Below, piece by piece: positions 1 through 12,423 of a stretch of DNA of 64,000 nt; the stretch's first letter is position 1, and each line of letters opens with the position of its first letter. The position numbers and the translations under genes are program-made. Source of the DNA: Octopus sinensis. Lineage: Eukaryota. Below the pieces are notes generated by a model. That model saw only the letters and a list, made by a program, of their open reading frames with translations. It was not told the origin of the DNA and did not search any database. The stretch spans positions 17,918,001 through 17,982,000 of the forward strand of contig NC_042997.1 in assembly GCF_006345805.1 (NCBI RefSeq). Reading direction: 5' to 3'.

Positions 1-610
1 TTGACAAGTATAAAAGTTGCAAGCTAAGAGCAGTGTTGTTGTTGACACTTCTCCTGTCAACTTCATGCCATGAAAGTTGAGTGAAAGAAGAGATCAAATA
101 AAAGTTAGTGACAAGATGTGTGTCCAGCTGTACAACAATAATTAAATAATATATTTATCTAAGCCATGCTAGCATAGAAAAACTGAAGAATGAATAAACA
201 AATTTATATATTTATATATGTATGTCCAGAATAAATAACAAGAATAACAACAAAGATGACAAAACGAAAACAAGGTTTAATTTTTAGTTTGATGCTCAAA
301 GAGAGAAGTGCCATCAACATTTTGAGCTTAAGCTCCTCTTCAATACTTCAAATAGATAGGTAAAGGTAAGACTGTAAAGGGGTGAAAGGAAATGTAATGA
401 AGAAATATGTGTTGTTCTGAGTAATGTTGAAAATGGGCCTGTGTATGAGTGCTTGTGTGTGTGTGTGTGTGTGTTGTGTGTGTGTGTGTGTGCGCGTGCA
501 TATATATATATATAAATAATAATGAGGGAGATAAATTAATATTAATTTTAATATCAATTTAAAACCAGTAGTCCAGCATACAAAATCTGAGGAGTCAGAG
601 AAAATTCTAA

Positions 611-874
611 TATATGTGTATATTGGCAGGGCTTACTGCTAGGGAGTCGGCCATATGCTAGAAATAGACCATCAACGGTCAAACTACAAGGAAATTCTCT
701 AGAGGAAAAATACAGCGAACACCAGAACCAATTTTGGCGGGCATGACAGATGAAAATTTATATAAAAAACTGTATTTTTCCTCTAGAGAATTTCCTTGTA
801 GTTTGACCGTTGATGGTCTATTTCTAGCATATGGCCGACTCCCTAGCAGTAAGCCCTGCCAATATATACATATA
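611..874. mobile_element. Fold-back MITE-like element with long perfect TIRs
   Basis: 619-715 is the exact reverse complement of 770-866 (97 bp, TATATTGGCAGGGCTTAC...AAAATACAG), with a 54-bp spacer. TA-rich flanks on both sides; no coding capacity. Confidence 0.85.
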
Positions 875-962
875 TATATATATATATGTACATGCACATA
901 CGTGCATATGTATGTATGTATGCATACACACACACATATACAAATCTCCCTCTCTCTCTCTC

Positions 963-2168
963 ATAACTCAGCTAGTTAGGAAGAGAGTGAGCCTAGATGA
1001 GATGCAGTTTGGTTTTGTGCCAGCTAGAGGCACTACTGATGTTATCTTCTGGGTGAGGCTATTGCAGAAGAAGTATTTAGCCAAAAATAAACCTCTGTAT
1101 TTGGCTTTTGTTGACATGGAAAAAGCTGTTGACAGGCTCCTTTGCTCCATTATCCAGTGAGCAGTGCAGAAATTAGGGATAACTGAGTGGTTGGTGAGAG
1201 CTGTAGAAGCTATGTACATGGATGCTGTCAGTAAGTTGAAAGTTGGTAATAAGTAAAGCAAGGAATTTAATGTACTGGTGTATTCACCATAAATCATTCT
1301 CAGCCCCCTCTTGTTCATCATAGTTCTCCAGGCCTTAAGAGAGGAATTTAAGATTGGCTGCCCTTGGGAGCTCCTACATGCTGATGACCTTCTTATTGCT
1401 AATCCTTACCAGAACTAGAGAATAAATTTCAAGTGTAGAAGTAAGGTTTAGAATCATGTGGCTTTAGAATTAATTCACCACAGACCAAAGTGAGATATGG
1501 ATTCTGGCTACTGAGGACATTGGAAAACTTGAAAGAAATGAAGCTAGCATGCTCCATTGGATAGATAATGTCAGTGAGCATGTACAATAGAGTGTAAGTG
1601 ATTTGAGTGCAAAAGTAGCTATTAGAGGCATCAGACGTAGTGTGCAAGAGAGAAAACTGCACGGGTATGGTCACGTGATGCATACTGATGAGGACAACTG
1701 CATCAAGAAGTACTGATTTCTAATTGTGGAGGGAACGTGAAGAAGTGGTAGACTCAGGAAGACATGAGACAACATGGTAAGAAAGTGTCTTCAGTCTTTG
1801 GGACTCACAGAGGAGATGTCAAAGGACTGAGACTTCTGGTGATTTGCTGTGCTTGAGAAGACACATCAAGCTAACCAAACTGAGAGGTCCTTGTTTTGCC
1901 AGCTTGTGGGTGCTGGTGCCATGTGAAATTATTAATGCTACATAAAAGTGTCCGTGCTGGTATGATGTAAAAGAGCTCGTGCCAGTGTCACATTAAAAGC
2001 ATCCAGTACACTGGATGTAAAGTGGTTGGCATTAGGAAGGGCATCCAACCATAAAAACCATGATAAAACAGACAAAATAGAGCCCAGACAGCTCTCCAGA
2101 TGGTCAGCTTCTGTCAAGCTGTCTAACTCATGCAAGCGTGGAGCAAGGATGTTAAACGACGATGATGA
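963..2168 (+). mobile_element. 5'-truncated, decayed RTE-clade LINE (RT C-terminal half plus 3' UTR and (GAT)n tail)
   Basis: ORF 831-1160 carries RTE RT motifs (LDEMQFGFVPARGTTDVIF, KPLYLAFVDMEKA). A YADD-like segment (ctacatgctgatgacctt, ~1374) follows, with stops and frameshifts downstream. It is collinear with the copy at 32160-33727 and ends gttaaacgacgatgatga. Confidence 0.9.
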
Positions 2169-2233
2169 TATATACATATACATACACAAACACACACAAA
2201 TACACACACATATGTATAAATGTGTATGTATAT

Positions 2234-2399
2234 AGGCATAGGAGTGGCTGTGTGGTAAGTAGCTTGCTTACGAACCACATGGTTGCAGGTTCAGTCCCAC
2301 TGCATGGCAACTTAGGCAAGTGTCTTCTACTATAGCCTCGGGCTGACCAAAGCCTTGTGAGCAGATTTGGTAGACGGAAACTGAAAGAAGCCCATTGTA

Positions 2400-2445
<46 letters not shown>

Positions 2446-2777
2446 GTTAATCCAAACATGAAAACACCAAGAGAAAACACAACAATGTGAGGATGTGGAA
2501 CAAATATAGTATCATTGGACGCTCAGGAAGGAAGGGAAGATGGAGGAAAATATATATATATATATATATGCGTGTGTTTGTGTGCCTGTGTTTGTCCCCC
2601 CAACATCGCTTGACAACCGATGCTGGTGTGTTTACATCCCTGTAACATAGCAGTTCAGCAAAAGAAACCGATAGAATAAGTACTAGGCTTACAAAGAATA
2701 AGTCCTGGGGTTGATTTGGTTGACTAAAGGCAGTGCTCCAGCATGGCCACAGTCAAATGACTGAAACAAGTAAAAGA

Positions 2778-2781
<4 letters not shown>
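2234..2781 (+). mobile_element. tRNA-derived SINE, family A (CORE-like centre, internal (TA)n/(TG)n), with a nested insert
   Basis: Pol III-like head (ggagtggctgtgtggtaag...ggttcagtccc), tggcaac/accttgggcaagtgtcttctactatagcctcggg centre and 3' half ending aacaagtaaaagag. Nearly collinear with 43671-44085. Confidence 0.85.
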
Positions 2782-2822
<41 letters not shown>

Positions 2823-3029
2823 CATAAACACATATATTTATAAATATATATATGATAAATCATTATGAAAAATCAAAATGATGATATGCATATTCATTCA
2901 TAATGTTCTATCAGATCCTATTAAAATGTGAATATGTTAATCAGTGTTGTATTTTGTCAGCCATGACTATGATTTCACTTGGCCCACCAAGACAAGTGAA
3001 ATTGTAGTCATGGATGATGTTAGTGTCAG

Positions 3030-3212
3030 GTAACTGGTACCCATGCCAGTGGCAAGTAAAAGCACCCATTACACTCTCTGAGTGGTTGGCATTAGGAAGG
3101 GCATCCAGTTGTAGAAAACCATGCCAAATCAGACTGGAATCTGGTGCAGCCTTCCAGCTTACCAGCCCTGGTCAAACTGTCCAGCTCATGCCAGCTTGGA
3201 CAATGGTTGATG
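3030..3212 (+). mobile_element. RTE 3'-tail fragment
   Basis: gccagtggcaagtaaaagcacc...ttggcattaggaagggcatccag...ccagcttaccagccctggtcaaac matches the LINE tail at 33520-33727. Confidence 0.75.
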
Positions 3213-3702
3213 ATAAAGAAAATCTTCTTTCTGACAAAATACACTCTGTTCATTGAAGTAAGGGGACTTTGTGATACTACTGTGTTTCAACCACTTTGTG
3301 TGTCTTCAGTCAAAGCTACCCTTAGGTCGATGAATCTAAACAAGCACTGTAGCTCTTGTTATAGAAACCAACAAACAAATTATTTCTGGTGTATGTTGAT
3401 GTCAGAACTATTCTCACAGTACAGTGCCACTGATTCTGAGAGAGAGGTGGGGAGAGAGTAAGAAAGAGGGAGAGAAGGTAAGAAAGAAAGTCACAGAGAG
3501 AGAAGATAAAACAGAGAGAAGAAAAGAAAAAACAGAAAAATTTATCAATACTTGACTGGTAATTTATTTATTGACCTCAAAAGTATTAAAGACAAATTTG
3601 AACTTAATAAGATTTGAACCTAGAGAGCAAAGAACTAGAATGCTTACTGCAATTTGCTCATTGTTCTAATGATTTTACCAATTAATTGCATGTATACTTG
3701 TG

Positions 3703-3757
<55 letters not shown>

Positions 3758-4564
3758 GAGAGAGAAAGAAAGAGGGGAAGGAAAGAGAAAATAATGGCAC
3801 ATAAACACACGTGCTTCCACACTCATAAAAGCATGTTTATGGTAATGCATATAACACTTTTAAATCCACAATTTAGAAAGGACTTGAAAAGTAATTTGTA
3901 AGGGCAGTATGTATTCTATAAGATTTATTTTATCGATTTTGGAGGAATGGAAACCAAAGTCAGCTCCCGCATAAATTGAAATCATCACAGGGTGGTAACA
4001 AATTTAATAGCATAAAGTATCTAGACTGGCTTATTGCCAGTTGCACCAAAGTCACTGTTCTTGTGATGTTAATCTATCAGCAAGTAGATACAACCACATA
4101 GAAGAGAACTTGGTTAACAGAAATGTGATATATAAAAATATTTCATATATAACAAGAAAGTAGTCACTCTCTTTGAAGAATTTCATCTATAGTTGAGTGA
4201 AATAGTTATTTTTGAGATCACCCTACTCAGTATTTTTACTATGCAATAAATATTAAATTCTTAAATAGTCACAATATCTAAGATTGTTCAGGAAAAGAAA
4301 TTTTAAAGAATTGTAATGTTTATGTTAGTCGTTTCAACTAGTACTTGAAAATAGATGGTTAAATGTACCTTTTAGATTGTCTTCATTGTGTTCACTAGAG
4401 TAGTTGAAGGAACTGGTAAAATTTTATATAAGTTCTTGCATTTTTGATCTGCTGTTATATCGATTCATGTTGTTTGTAAGAACAATCTTACCCTTGGACA
4501 GTCTGTGAGTAAAACTAATTGGTTTGTAACACAAAATTAAAGATCAGTTGTTGAAAATTGTCAG

Positions 4565-4941
4565 CACTACCGTCAGAAATTAATTAGCACCCTTTATTTG
4601 CTCTTCACTCAAGGTATGTGCTGTCACCTAGTGGCCATATCTCAAACTATTGCTTTGTTGCGAGTTCACTGTTGCGCAGAACGATGACGTAACTTTGTTT
4701 GCAGATCAGTTTGAGAGTCTACAGCCTTATGATGTTGACATAGCAGTGCAACAAATTGGAGTGCGGATGCAGACAAATCTTCCTTTGTTTAATAGATATA
4801 GGTAGCGCCTCGCAAGGACCGAAATCACACCATACTAAGTTTTCTCATCGCGTAAGACGTTTTGAACAGCTCATAGGTTAATTGATTTAACGTATTTAAT
4901 GTAGAAATTTGAGAAGTGCTAATTAATTTCTGACGCAAGTG
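4565..4941 (+). mobile_element. Tc1-like non-autonomous element (internal deletion derivative)
   Basis: Perfect 20-bp inverted repeat CGTCAGAAATTAATTAGCAC (4571-4590 / 4916-4935) extending to CACT termini; TA at the right end; CpG-rich interior; ARTEITPY* resembles a Tc1 transposase C-terminus. Confidence 0.65.
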
Positions 4942-5009
4942 TACATGTGAAATGAGCCTAAAACATTTGAAAGTGGGAAATGCAGCTGGACTATCAGGAA
5001 TAAATGTTG

Positions 5010-5390
5010 ACACACTGAACACATCCAGCAAACTAGACCATGATTCAGGAAGCTATTACTTCTGCTGGTAACAAAAGGATTCTCTCTCTGATTGAAGGGC
5101 AGACTGTATGATGCATGCACTTGAAGTACAATGTTGCATGGTATCAAAAGATGGGTTCTGAACATTGAGAACGTGTGAAAGTTGGAAAGAAATGAGGTTC
5201 ACTAGCTTCACTGGATGTATAATGTTAGTGTGCATGAGTGATGGAGTACAAATGCATTTAGAGAAAAGTTGGATATGAGAGCAGAAGATATGATGGAAGG
5301 TGATCTTAGGAGTCTGAATATCATGAAGGAGAAAATGAAAGTGTGGATATACTGTTTTAGAAAAGACTTACCAGCATGGGAAAATAAATA
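5010..5390 (+). mobile_element. Old RTE LINE 3' fragment
   Basis: Degenerate match to 33000-33450 (ctctctctctgattgaagggcagactgtatgatgcatg; ggaaagaaatgagg...ctggatgtataatgttagtgtgcatg). Confidence 0.7.
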
Positions 5391-5399
5391 TAAAAATAT

Positions 5400-5475
5400 G
5401 ATGAAGATGATGGTGATGACAATGATGACCGCAACAAAAACGATTGCGATGACGATGACAATGATGACAATGATA

Positions 5476-5506
<31 letters not shown>

Positions 5507-5530
5507 CAACGTTGTTGATGGTAATGATGA
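5400..5530. repeat. (GAT)n/(GAC)n trinucleotide tract
   Basis: Direct reading; explains the poly-Met ORF 5269-5559. Confidence 0.9.
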
Positions 5531-6478
5531 TTACTAAACTGAAGGAAACAATATTTTGAGGTGAAAAAGGAAAAAAATTCTTTTTGATACTAAATCAAAT
5601 TAAATCAAAACAGATATTCCCAGAAAAGATCTTTTTAACATGTATTTTCTGGATGGACGATTTACTGAACTTGTTTAACTGTAGCTTCCTTATATTTAAA
5701 ATAGCTATTTGTAAGTATAGATGCTCACAGTTAACTGTGCACTCTCAAGCATATAACATATAAAATTTAACAATCTATTCTAAATGATCTACCTGTCCAT
5801 TTACAAATGTAATGTAGATGTCTATATATTCTCTACGCAACTAATCTTTCCAGCCAACCAATCAGTTAACCAACGAGCCAACCAGTCAACCAGCCATCCA
5901 TCTCAATTAATCTAATTTAATCTGTGTGTGAGAAATATATGCAGAAATACAGAAATATACTAAGGATGAACTCTCAGAATAGTTCTACAATATTTCTCTG
6001 CTATATTTTCTTCACTTTTGATAAACATATACTGCTAATTAAATATGTGGAGTTTACCTTTTATAAAATATAGCTTATTTTTTTCTTAATAATCAGTTCA
6101 TAAATGTCTGTTTCAGTACTAGCTGTTGCATGCAGCTGGTATGAATGTATGTTTACTAATGAAATATATTCCTACACATACATTCAATGCATATCCAAGT
6201 AACTTCCGAATGTCTCAAGTTTTACAATGGCTTATTTGAAAAGAATGAGCAGTGCTCCTCCCAGCTTTTTGGAACCTCTATCACATGTAGGAGGAGGGCA
6301 GAAATTTTTTCTCAGCTCTGGCTTGAATGCTTGCAGGAGAGTGGAGTCAGTTAATAATACCTCAAAGTCAAGGTGTTGCACTAAACAGAGTGACAAGTTC
6401 AGTGTGTCATACAAATTTTTCTTGTAATATAAATAAATACACACACATATGCATGCACTCACACACACACACCTTCCT

Positions 6479-6481
6479 AGA

Positions 6482-6535
<54 letters not shown>

Positions 6536-6570
6536 AAGTAGAGTAGTAGTAGTAGTAGTAGTAGTAGTGC
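6479..6570. repeat. (AGT)n microsatellite
   Basis: Direct reading. Confidence 0.95.
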
Positions 6571-6754
6571 AGGAGACTGTACTGTAGCAGTGCATCATTG
6601 CATACACCAATTGTTGGTGATTCCCTACTCCTGGCAGATGATACCATTGCACCACTCAGGCAACAACCCTCCAAACCATGGGTCAGCTTAGGTAGTTGAT
6701 GCTGGTGAAGATTTTACAAAGTCAGAGTATAAATCTTATCTCAACCTCTTATAG

Positions 6755-6838
6755 TCGCCTTTTATGGCATACAGCAGATGGATTCATTGAGAAATATAAT
6801 TGGAGGACATATAGCACTTATTTGCTCCAGCAGATGTG
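6755..6838 (+). CDS. Candidate isolated coding exon of an unidentified gene (phase 2-2: RLLWHTADGFIEKYNWRTYSTYLLQQM)
   Basis: Pyrimidine-rich acceptor tcttatctcaacctcttatag, consensus donor TG|gtaagt, 84 nt stop-free with protein-like composition. No family recognised and no validated partner exon. Confidence 0.35.
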
Positions 6839-7156
6839 GTAAGTGACTTTAGAAATATAAATCCATGACCTGCTGCAGACTTACTTGTGTAAACCTCAGA
6901 AATGTACACCACTTGCTCTATTAAACTAAGAAACCATTTATTAAATACAGGATATTAGACACCATCAATAAATCAACTCTGAAGTCAAAAATATCTATAT
7001 ATAAACAAGACTCATAATCAAAGGATCTTAATCTTGACAAGAACTATTAATAACCTGCTTTTCCTTCTTCACTCATGGAATTCTGCGAATATTCTTCTTG
7101 GTTCTTTTCTACTTGAACACTAACAGTGATGCTGATGATATTTTCATGATTATTAT

Positions 7157-7712
7157 TGAGTGAAAGAGCAGTGCATGCTATCAAAGTGACACTGGGGCAA
7201 AATATATGAAGCCCAGTATACCCATCATGACTACCTGTCTGATAAGGGTATAGAGGCACATGCATCCCAACCATATGTGTGTGACATGATTTTCTCATAA
7301 CAAGATAAACAGTGCATGACCTTTCAGGTGAGGGCCAGTTAGAATTTTCTTCAGGTCAAATAGCCCATCCCACTCAAATGGTCCTTGAATAAGGGTTGCT
7401 TAAGGATGTTGAATGAAATACCATTCTTCCTAGAGGTGAATTATTCAAACTCCAAGAGAATTCCACTCAACACATGGCTATGATGCTCCCCTCCCACTAC
7501 TTCTGCTTGTGATCAGAGATGGACATGTCATCAGCCATTAAAGGACATGCTCAACTGGTCAAGGTCAAACAACTGACAAATAAATCTGTGGTATTGAGCA
7601 GAGTATTTGCTGTAGCCCATCTTTTATATCTACATGTACATCTTTTATATGTACAACGTACATTTACCAAGACAAGACAAAGTAGATTTACCAAGACAAA
7701 ACAATGCGCATT
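7157..7712 (+). mobile_element. Interspersed repeat (~550 bp) resembling a common octopus retro-derived family
   Basis: Higher-complexity block between (ATT)n tracts; I recall this sequence as a cephalopod repeat but have not verified it. Confidence 0.45.
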
Positions 7713-8326
7713 TATCATGATGATGAGGATTATTATTATTATTATTATTATTCTCCTCCTCTTTTTTCAATTTTGTTTCCATTTCTTGCCATGTGTCTTC
7801 CTGATACCTAAGGCAAAGAAACTCACTGTATACACTGGTAGGCCATTAAAATAAACACATCACATTGTTCATTTACAAAGTCATGTGAAAGAAAGAAAAA
7901 GGTAAAAAGAAAAAGTTTTAAAAATAGGAAAAAATGAAAAAAAGAAAAGAAAGAAAAGGGGAGAAATAGAAAGAAAATTCACAATGACAATGCTCTTCTC
8001 AGTACATGTGACATACCAGTTAAAACAATCTTTTGCACTTCTTGCATGGATGGCAAGCCAGGGAACATCCTCAAATAATTTTCAGTTCATTTTTATTTAT
8101 TCATTATTATTTGGTAAGCTGGTGGCATCATTACTGGGCCAGGCGAAATACTGCTAAGCATTTTGCCCATTGCTCCATTCTGAGTTCAAATTCGGTCAAG
8201 GTCGATTTTTCTTTCATCCTTTCAGGGGCAATAAAATAAATACTGGTTGAACACTCATCTCCTCTTCCAAAATTACTGCCCTTGAGACAAAATTTGAAAT
8301 TATAATTATTATTATTATTATTATTG

Positions 8327-8542
8327 AAGGTGGCAAGCTGGCAGAATCATCGGCACACAGGGTAAAATGCTTAGCAGCATTTTATCTGTCCTTATGTTTT
8401 GAGTTCAAATTCCTCTGTAGTTGACTTAGCATTTCATCCTTTCAGGGTTGATGAAATAAGTACCAATTGAATACTGGGATTGATGTAATTGACTAGCCTC
8501 CTCCCCCAAATTTCAGGCCTTGTGCCTATGGTAGAAAAGATT
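8327..8542 (+). mobile_element. SINE family B (short-tail form); further decayed copies at ~8115-8300 and ~8565-8773
   Basis: aggtggcaagctggcagaa head, ctgagttcaaat B-box-like motif, ctttcatcctttcagggttgatgaaataagtacc core, gtgcctatggtagaaaaga tail. Confidence 0.85.
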
Positions 8543-10152
8543 ATTGTTATTATTATTATTATGGCAGTGTGCTGGTAGAATTGTTAGTATGTCAGAAAAA
8601 TACTTAACAGTATCTCTTCAAGTTCTTTAGGTCCTGAGTTCAAATGCTACTGATTTGGCTTTTCATCTTTCTGGGATCAAAAAAGGCAAGTATACTTTGA
8701 CCACTTGGTTTGATGTAACTGACTCACCCCTTCCCTCTGAAATGTCAGGCCTTGTGCCTATAGCAGAAAGGACTCTACTCCTCCTGCTCCTTCTCATCAT
8801 CATCACTATCATTATTGTTGTTGTTGTTATCATTATTATTATTATTTAAAATACATATTTTTAAAGATTATATTGGAACATGTATATTCTGTGAGGGAGG
8901 TCTTTCTTGCTGCTGTGAATTTAAGTATATAATAAAAATGGAACCTCTTGTCAATTAGCTGCAAGAATTTAACATTGTGTACAAATGAATATGAAAATGG
9001 TTGTGGTACATTTTGAATGCACATTAATATGAGGACACACACTTAGAAAATCAACTTGATATACATTATATGACTTAAAAAAGAAACGTTTGCTAGTTAT
9101 GTATATGTGGGGGTTTTTAATTTCATTTTATATAATTTTTACCTCCATATAACTTATTGGATATATATTCACAATAGTCTTAATTTTTTTCAATTCATGG
9201 AGTCTTTCAAATTTTACCAAAGAATCTAATCAATTTATTCTATTCCATCTTCATTCCAGTTTCTTTTCTTTCTTTTTCTTCTCTGTCTGTCTATTTTTTC
9301 TTTTTTTCCCTTCTTTCTTACTCCCCCCTCTCACTATGTTGGTGTAGTTTATTCATATTTTCTACAGATTTTTCTGTTGTTGATTCAATCATTGTTGCTT
9401 CCATATCACTTTCAGACTGTAAATCATTGATAACACATAACACATTTTCTAACTGGTATGTAAAAAAATAAATTAAATAATCATTAATTTTTTTGTAAAT
9501 GAATTTTTAGAATATCATAAGAGAAGTATTTATAACTTGCTGTACCTGTTGTTTCTTTTAGTTTTTATTCATTTTTTTCTACTCTAGTTATTGTTGTCTT
9601 TCAGTATGCATGCATAATGGGCTGTACTTAAATAGTAAGAATAATAACAGGAAATAAATCTAGAACCATTAATAAATGGTGACTTGTATATGATACAAAC
9701 AACATGCACAAAATTCCTATATACTTAGCAAAATCTCCTGGTAAATGGTTGACATAAGAGGTGAAGCAAGAAATAACTCATCACTCGGTTTGCTCAACTG
9801 AAACTGACCTGGAGTTACACAATATCCAAGTCAACATTTCTACTTCACTGATGACTACTGACCCTGCTCTAACTGATATTGGATTCAAATTTTGGCACAA
9901 AGCCAGCAATTTTGGTACTTATTTTATTGACCCTGAAAGGATGAGGCAATGTAGACCCTGGCAGCATTTGGACATAGAAGATGGATAAAATAAGGATTCT
10001 GCCAGTTTGTCATCTTACCCTGCTGTAATTGATATTGACACTTCATTATTGTCTTCTTGTAAAGCAGAACCAAATAAATTACCACAATAAGTAGCTTTCC
10101 AAGTTTAAGGCAGGTTGCTAGAACACACACATATAAACACACTACTTTGTAG

Positions 10153-10211
10153 CCTATGACATACTTGCAGAGTTGGTTTCCAGTGTTTTCTATTACAAAG
10201 TAGGGCCACAG
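10153..10211 (+). CDS. Weak candidate exon (YDILAELVSSVFYYKVGPQ)
   Basis: actactttgtag acceptor, CAG|gtattt donor, open in phase 1-0; no homology recognised. Confidence 0.18.
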
Positions 10212-10509
10212 GTATTTTATGCACTACTGACCTCTTGTACCAATTGTAATCACATTCAGCTCTCATGAAAATTATGATATAAGATGTCAATACATAAAAT
10301 TATGATGGCATTATCAGACATTGATATATAAAGTTTTGAAGACACCAGACCAATGTAAAGATAAATTTACAATCAATTATTAAATGAGAGTAGCAAAATG
10401 AACACAGCAAAAACTGTAAATTGATAAATCTTTAAATAATTTTATAGCTCTAAAATAAATATTCAAACTTTAAACTCAGTAGGGGAACCACTGATTTTTA
10501 AAAAATAAC

Positions 10510-10700
10510 TATAGATTTGTGGTTTCAAGTTCTATCCCACAGCATGGCACCTTGGACAAGTCTTCTACTGAAGCCTCAGACTGAATTCGAAACTTCCCCA
10601 AGACACCTGATGAAGGCTGGAGGGTATATCAACTGAAACGTTGTGTTAGTAACAAACAAGATGAGGACAAATATCTGTCAAATGTAAATAATGTAAACTG
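10510..10700 (+). mobile_element. SINE family A head/centre fused to a hammerhead-containing (Penelope-like) tail
   Basis: catggcaccttggacaagtcttctactgaagcctcag centre followed by a tail unrelated to other family-A copies, ending in aaatgtaaataatgtaaa repeats. Confidence 0.65.
10602..10647 (+). ncRNA. Minimal type I hammerhead ribozyme motif (Penelope type), probably partly decayed
   Basis: Stem I GACAC/GTGTT; core CTGATGA (10607-10613); stem II GGCTG/CAACT (one mismatch); GAAAC (10635-10639); palindromic ACGT stem III; cleavage triplet GTT (10640-10642). Confidence 0.6.
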
Positions 10701-11683
10701 TATTAAGATAATATTTATAATAATGGTTTCAAATTTTGACTCAAGGCCAGCTATTTTAGGAAGTGAAGGCTTAGTTGCATGATTATATATGTTTTTGAAG
10801 TAATGAAAGATTGAAGTGAAAAATGTTTCATTTGAATTTGAGAAGATTAATAACGTTCATAGATTAGTTATCCCTCATGTATCCTTTTGCAAGAAGCAAA
10901 TCAATTCTATAATTGTTTCCCCTATACAGTTTAGTAAGGGATCTCACTTATATAAATACTATTTTAGGACATACAACTTTAAATGCAACTTCAAAATGAC
11001 CCTACTAGGTACAGTACACTTTCTATATGATACCCTCTCAAGTCAATAATATAAGCCATGCAGGATACCTTCATTCTATACATGGCAATTTCAATTTGAA
11101 AACCAGTACAATATTTATGCTTGACAATCATTGCTAGTATTGTATATACTTCTCTTCCGAACATACAATATACAAGGGCAACACTAAAACAACTGATAAA
11201 ACAACATGACCACCCCTCATATCACAATTAATTGCGTGTAACAAAAACTCCACCATTTTTCTCCATAGACTAAGTTTGAAGTGAACACTTTGCATGAAAC
11301 TACTGAAAGTACATAACAACAACAACAACAGTTAGCATAAAATAATAATCATCATTATAATAAAAGCAATGTTAATAATATTAAAATAACTAATCAAGAT
11401 ATACGGAAAAGATAACTAAAAGATTGTGTTTCAAGGGAAATTACATTGGAAATAATTCAAAGATATCTTATGTAAAAGTGGTTGGTTATTTTCGCTTTGA
11501 ATGGAAGTGGAATAAAATTTTGCATTGAAGATAGGAAATGAGTCTGTTACCTAGAGATAGTATCATTATCTTTTCTGAAAACATTCACAATCACTTTTTT
11601 AATGTGAGTCTGATTTTCAGATATTTAACAAATTTTGGAAATGAGAAGACCAAATGATATTAGAATTATTGTTGCTGTTATCA

Positions 11684-11760
<77 letters not shown>

Positions 11761-12392
11761 ATAGAAGTAGCAGTAGTTGTATTAGTATTATTAGTTCACT
11801 AGTCTTATTGCACAATCAAGTACAGTGTTCAGTGTCTTGCACATGAGTGGTGGTTTATTTGGGCTTTCTATTTAGTAAAGAATAATTTACCTAAATTTTG
11901 TGCTGTGTCTATCAGGACTATTTACTGTGTGTTATGTATATCTCTCTCTTTTTTTCATCATTCAAGAGGCCCCTATTATTATAGAAATTGCTTCTATCTT
12001 CAGTCACCACATTTTGCTTATCTATAATTCCAGCCTTATATTTGGATAGATTCTATTTTTCTTTCAGAAATAAATTTCTATCTGTTGAAACTGATGCAAC
12101 AGTTAGGAGACATTTCTTTTCCTTATGGTTAGATTTCTTAAATCTTCTTTTCTATTTGGAATGACATATCTCAGAGTATGACCATTTTGTCATTGCTTGA
12201 AACTGTTTGTACTGAATGTTTTGACAATTTCTTTCTATGAATATCCATATAGGTGTAGACATGGCTGTATGGTGAGAAGTTTGTTTCCTCACCACATGCT
12301 TCTGGGTTCTGTGACTCTGTGGCCTCTAGCCAATCAATGACTTGAGTAGATTTGGTTGATGGAAACTGAAAAAGCCTGTTGTATATACATAT

Positions 12393-12423
<31 letters not shown>

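Noticed and set aside
2234-2320. tRNA genes at SINE heads
   Set aside because: A/B-box-like motifs only; no full cloverleaf, and they continue into SINE bodies.
4543-4801. Two in-frame exons (SVVENCQHYRQK...; DQFESLQPYDVDIAVQQ...)
   Set aside because: They overlap or lie within the Tc1-like TIR pair (4571-4590 / 4916-4935), so they are more simply transposon sequence. Kept only as an exonisation question.
6232-6420. Minus-strand ORF/terminal exon KNLYDTLNLSLCLVQHLDFEVLL...
   Set aside because: No recognisable family; the opposite strand is equally open; compatible with chance.
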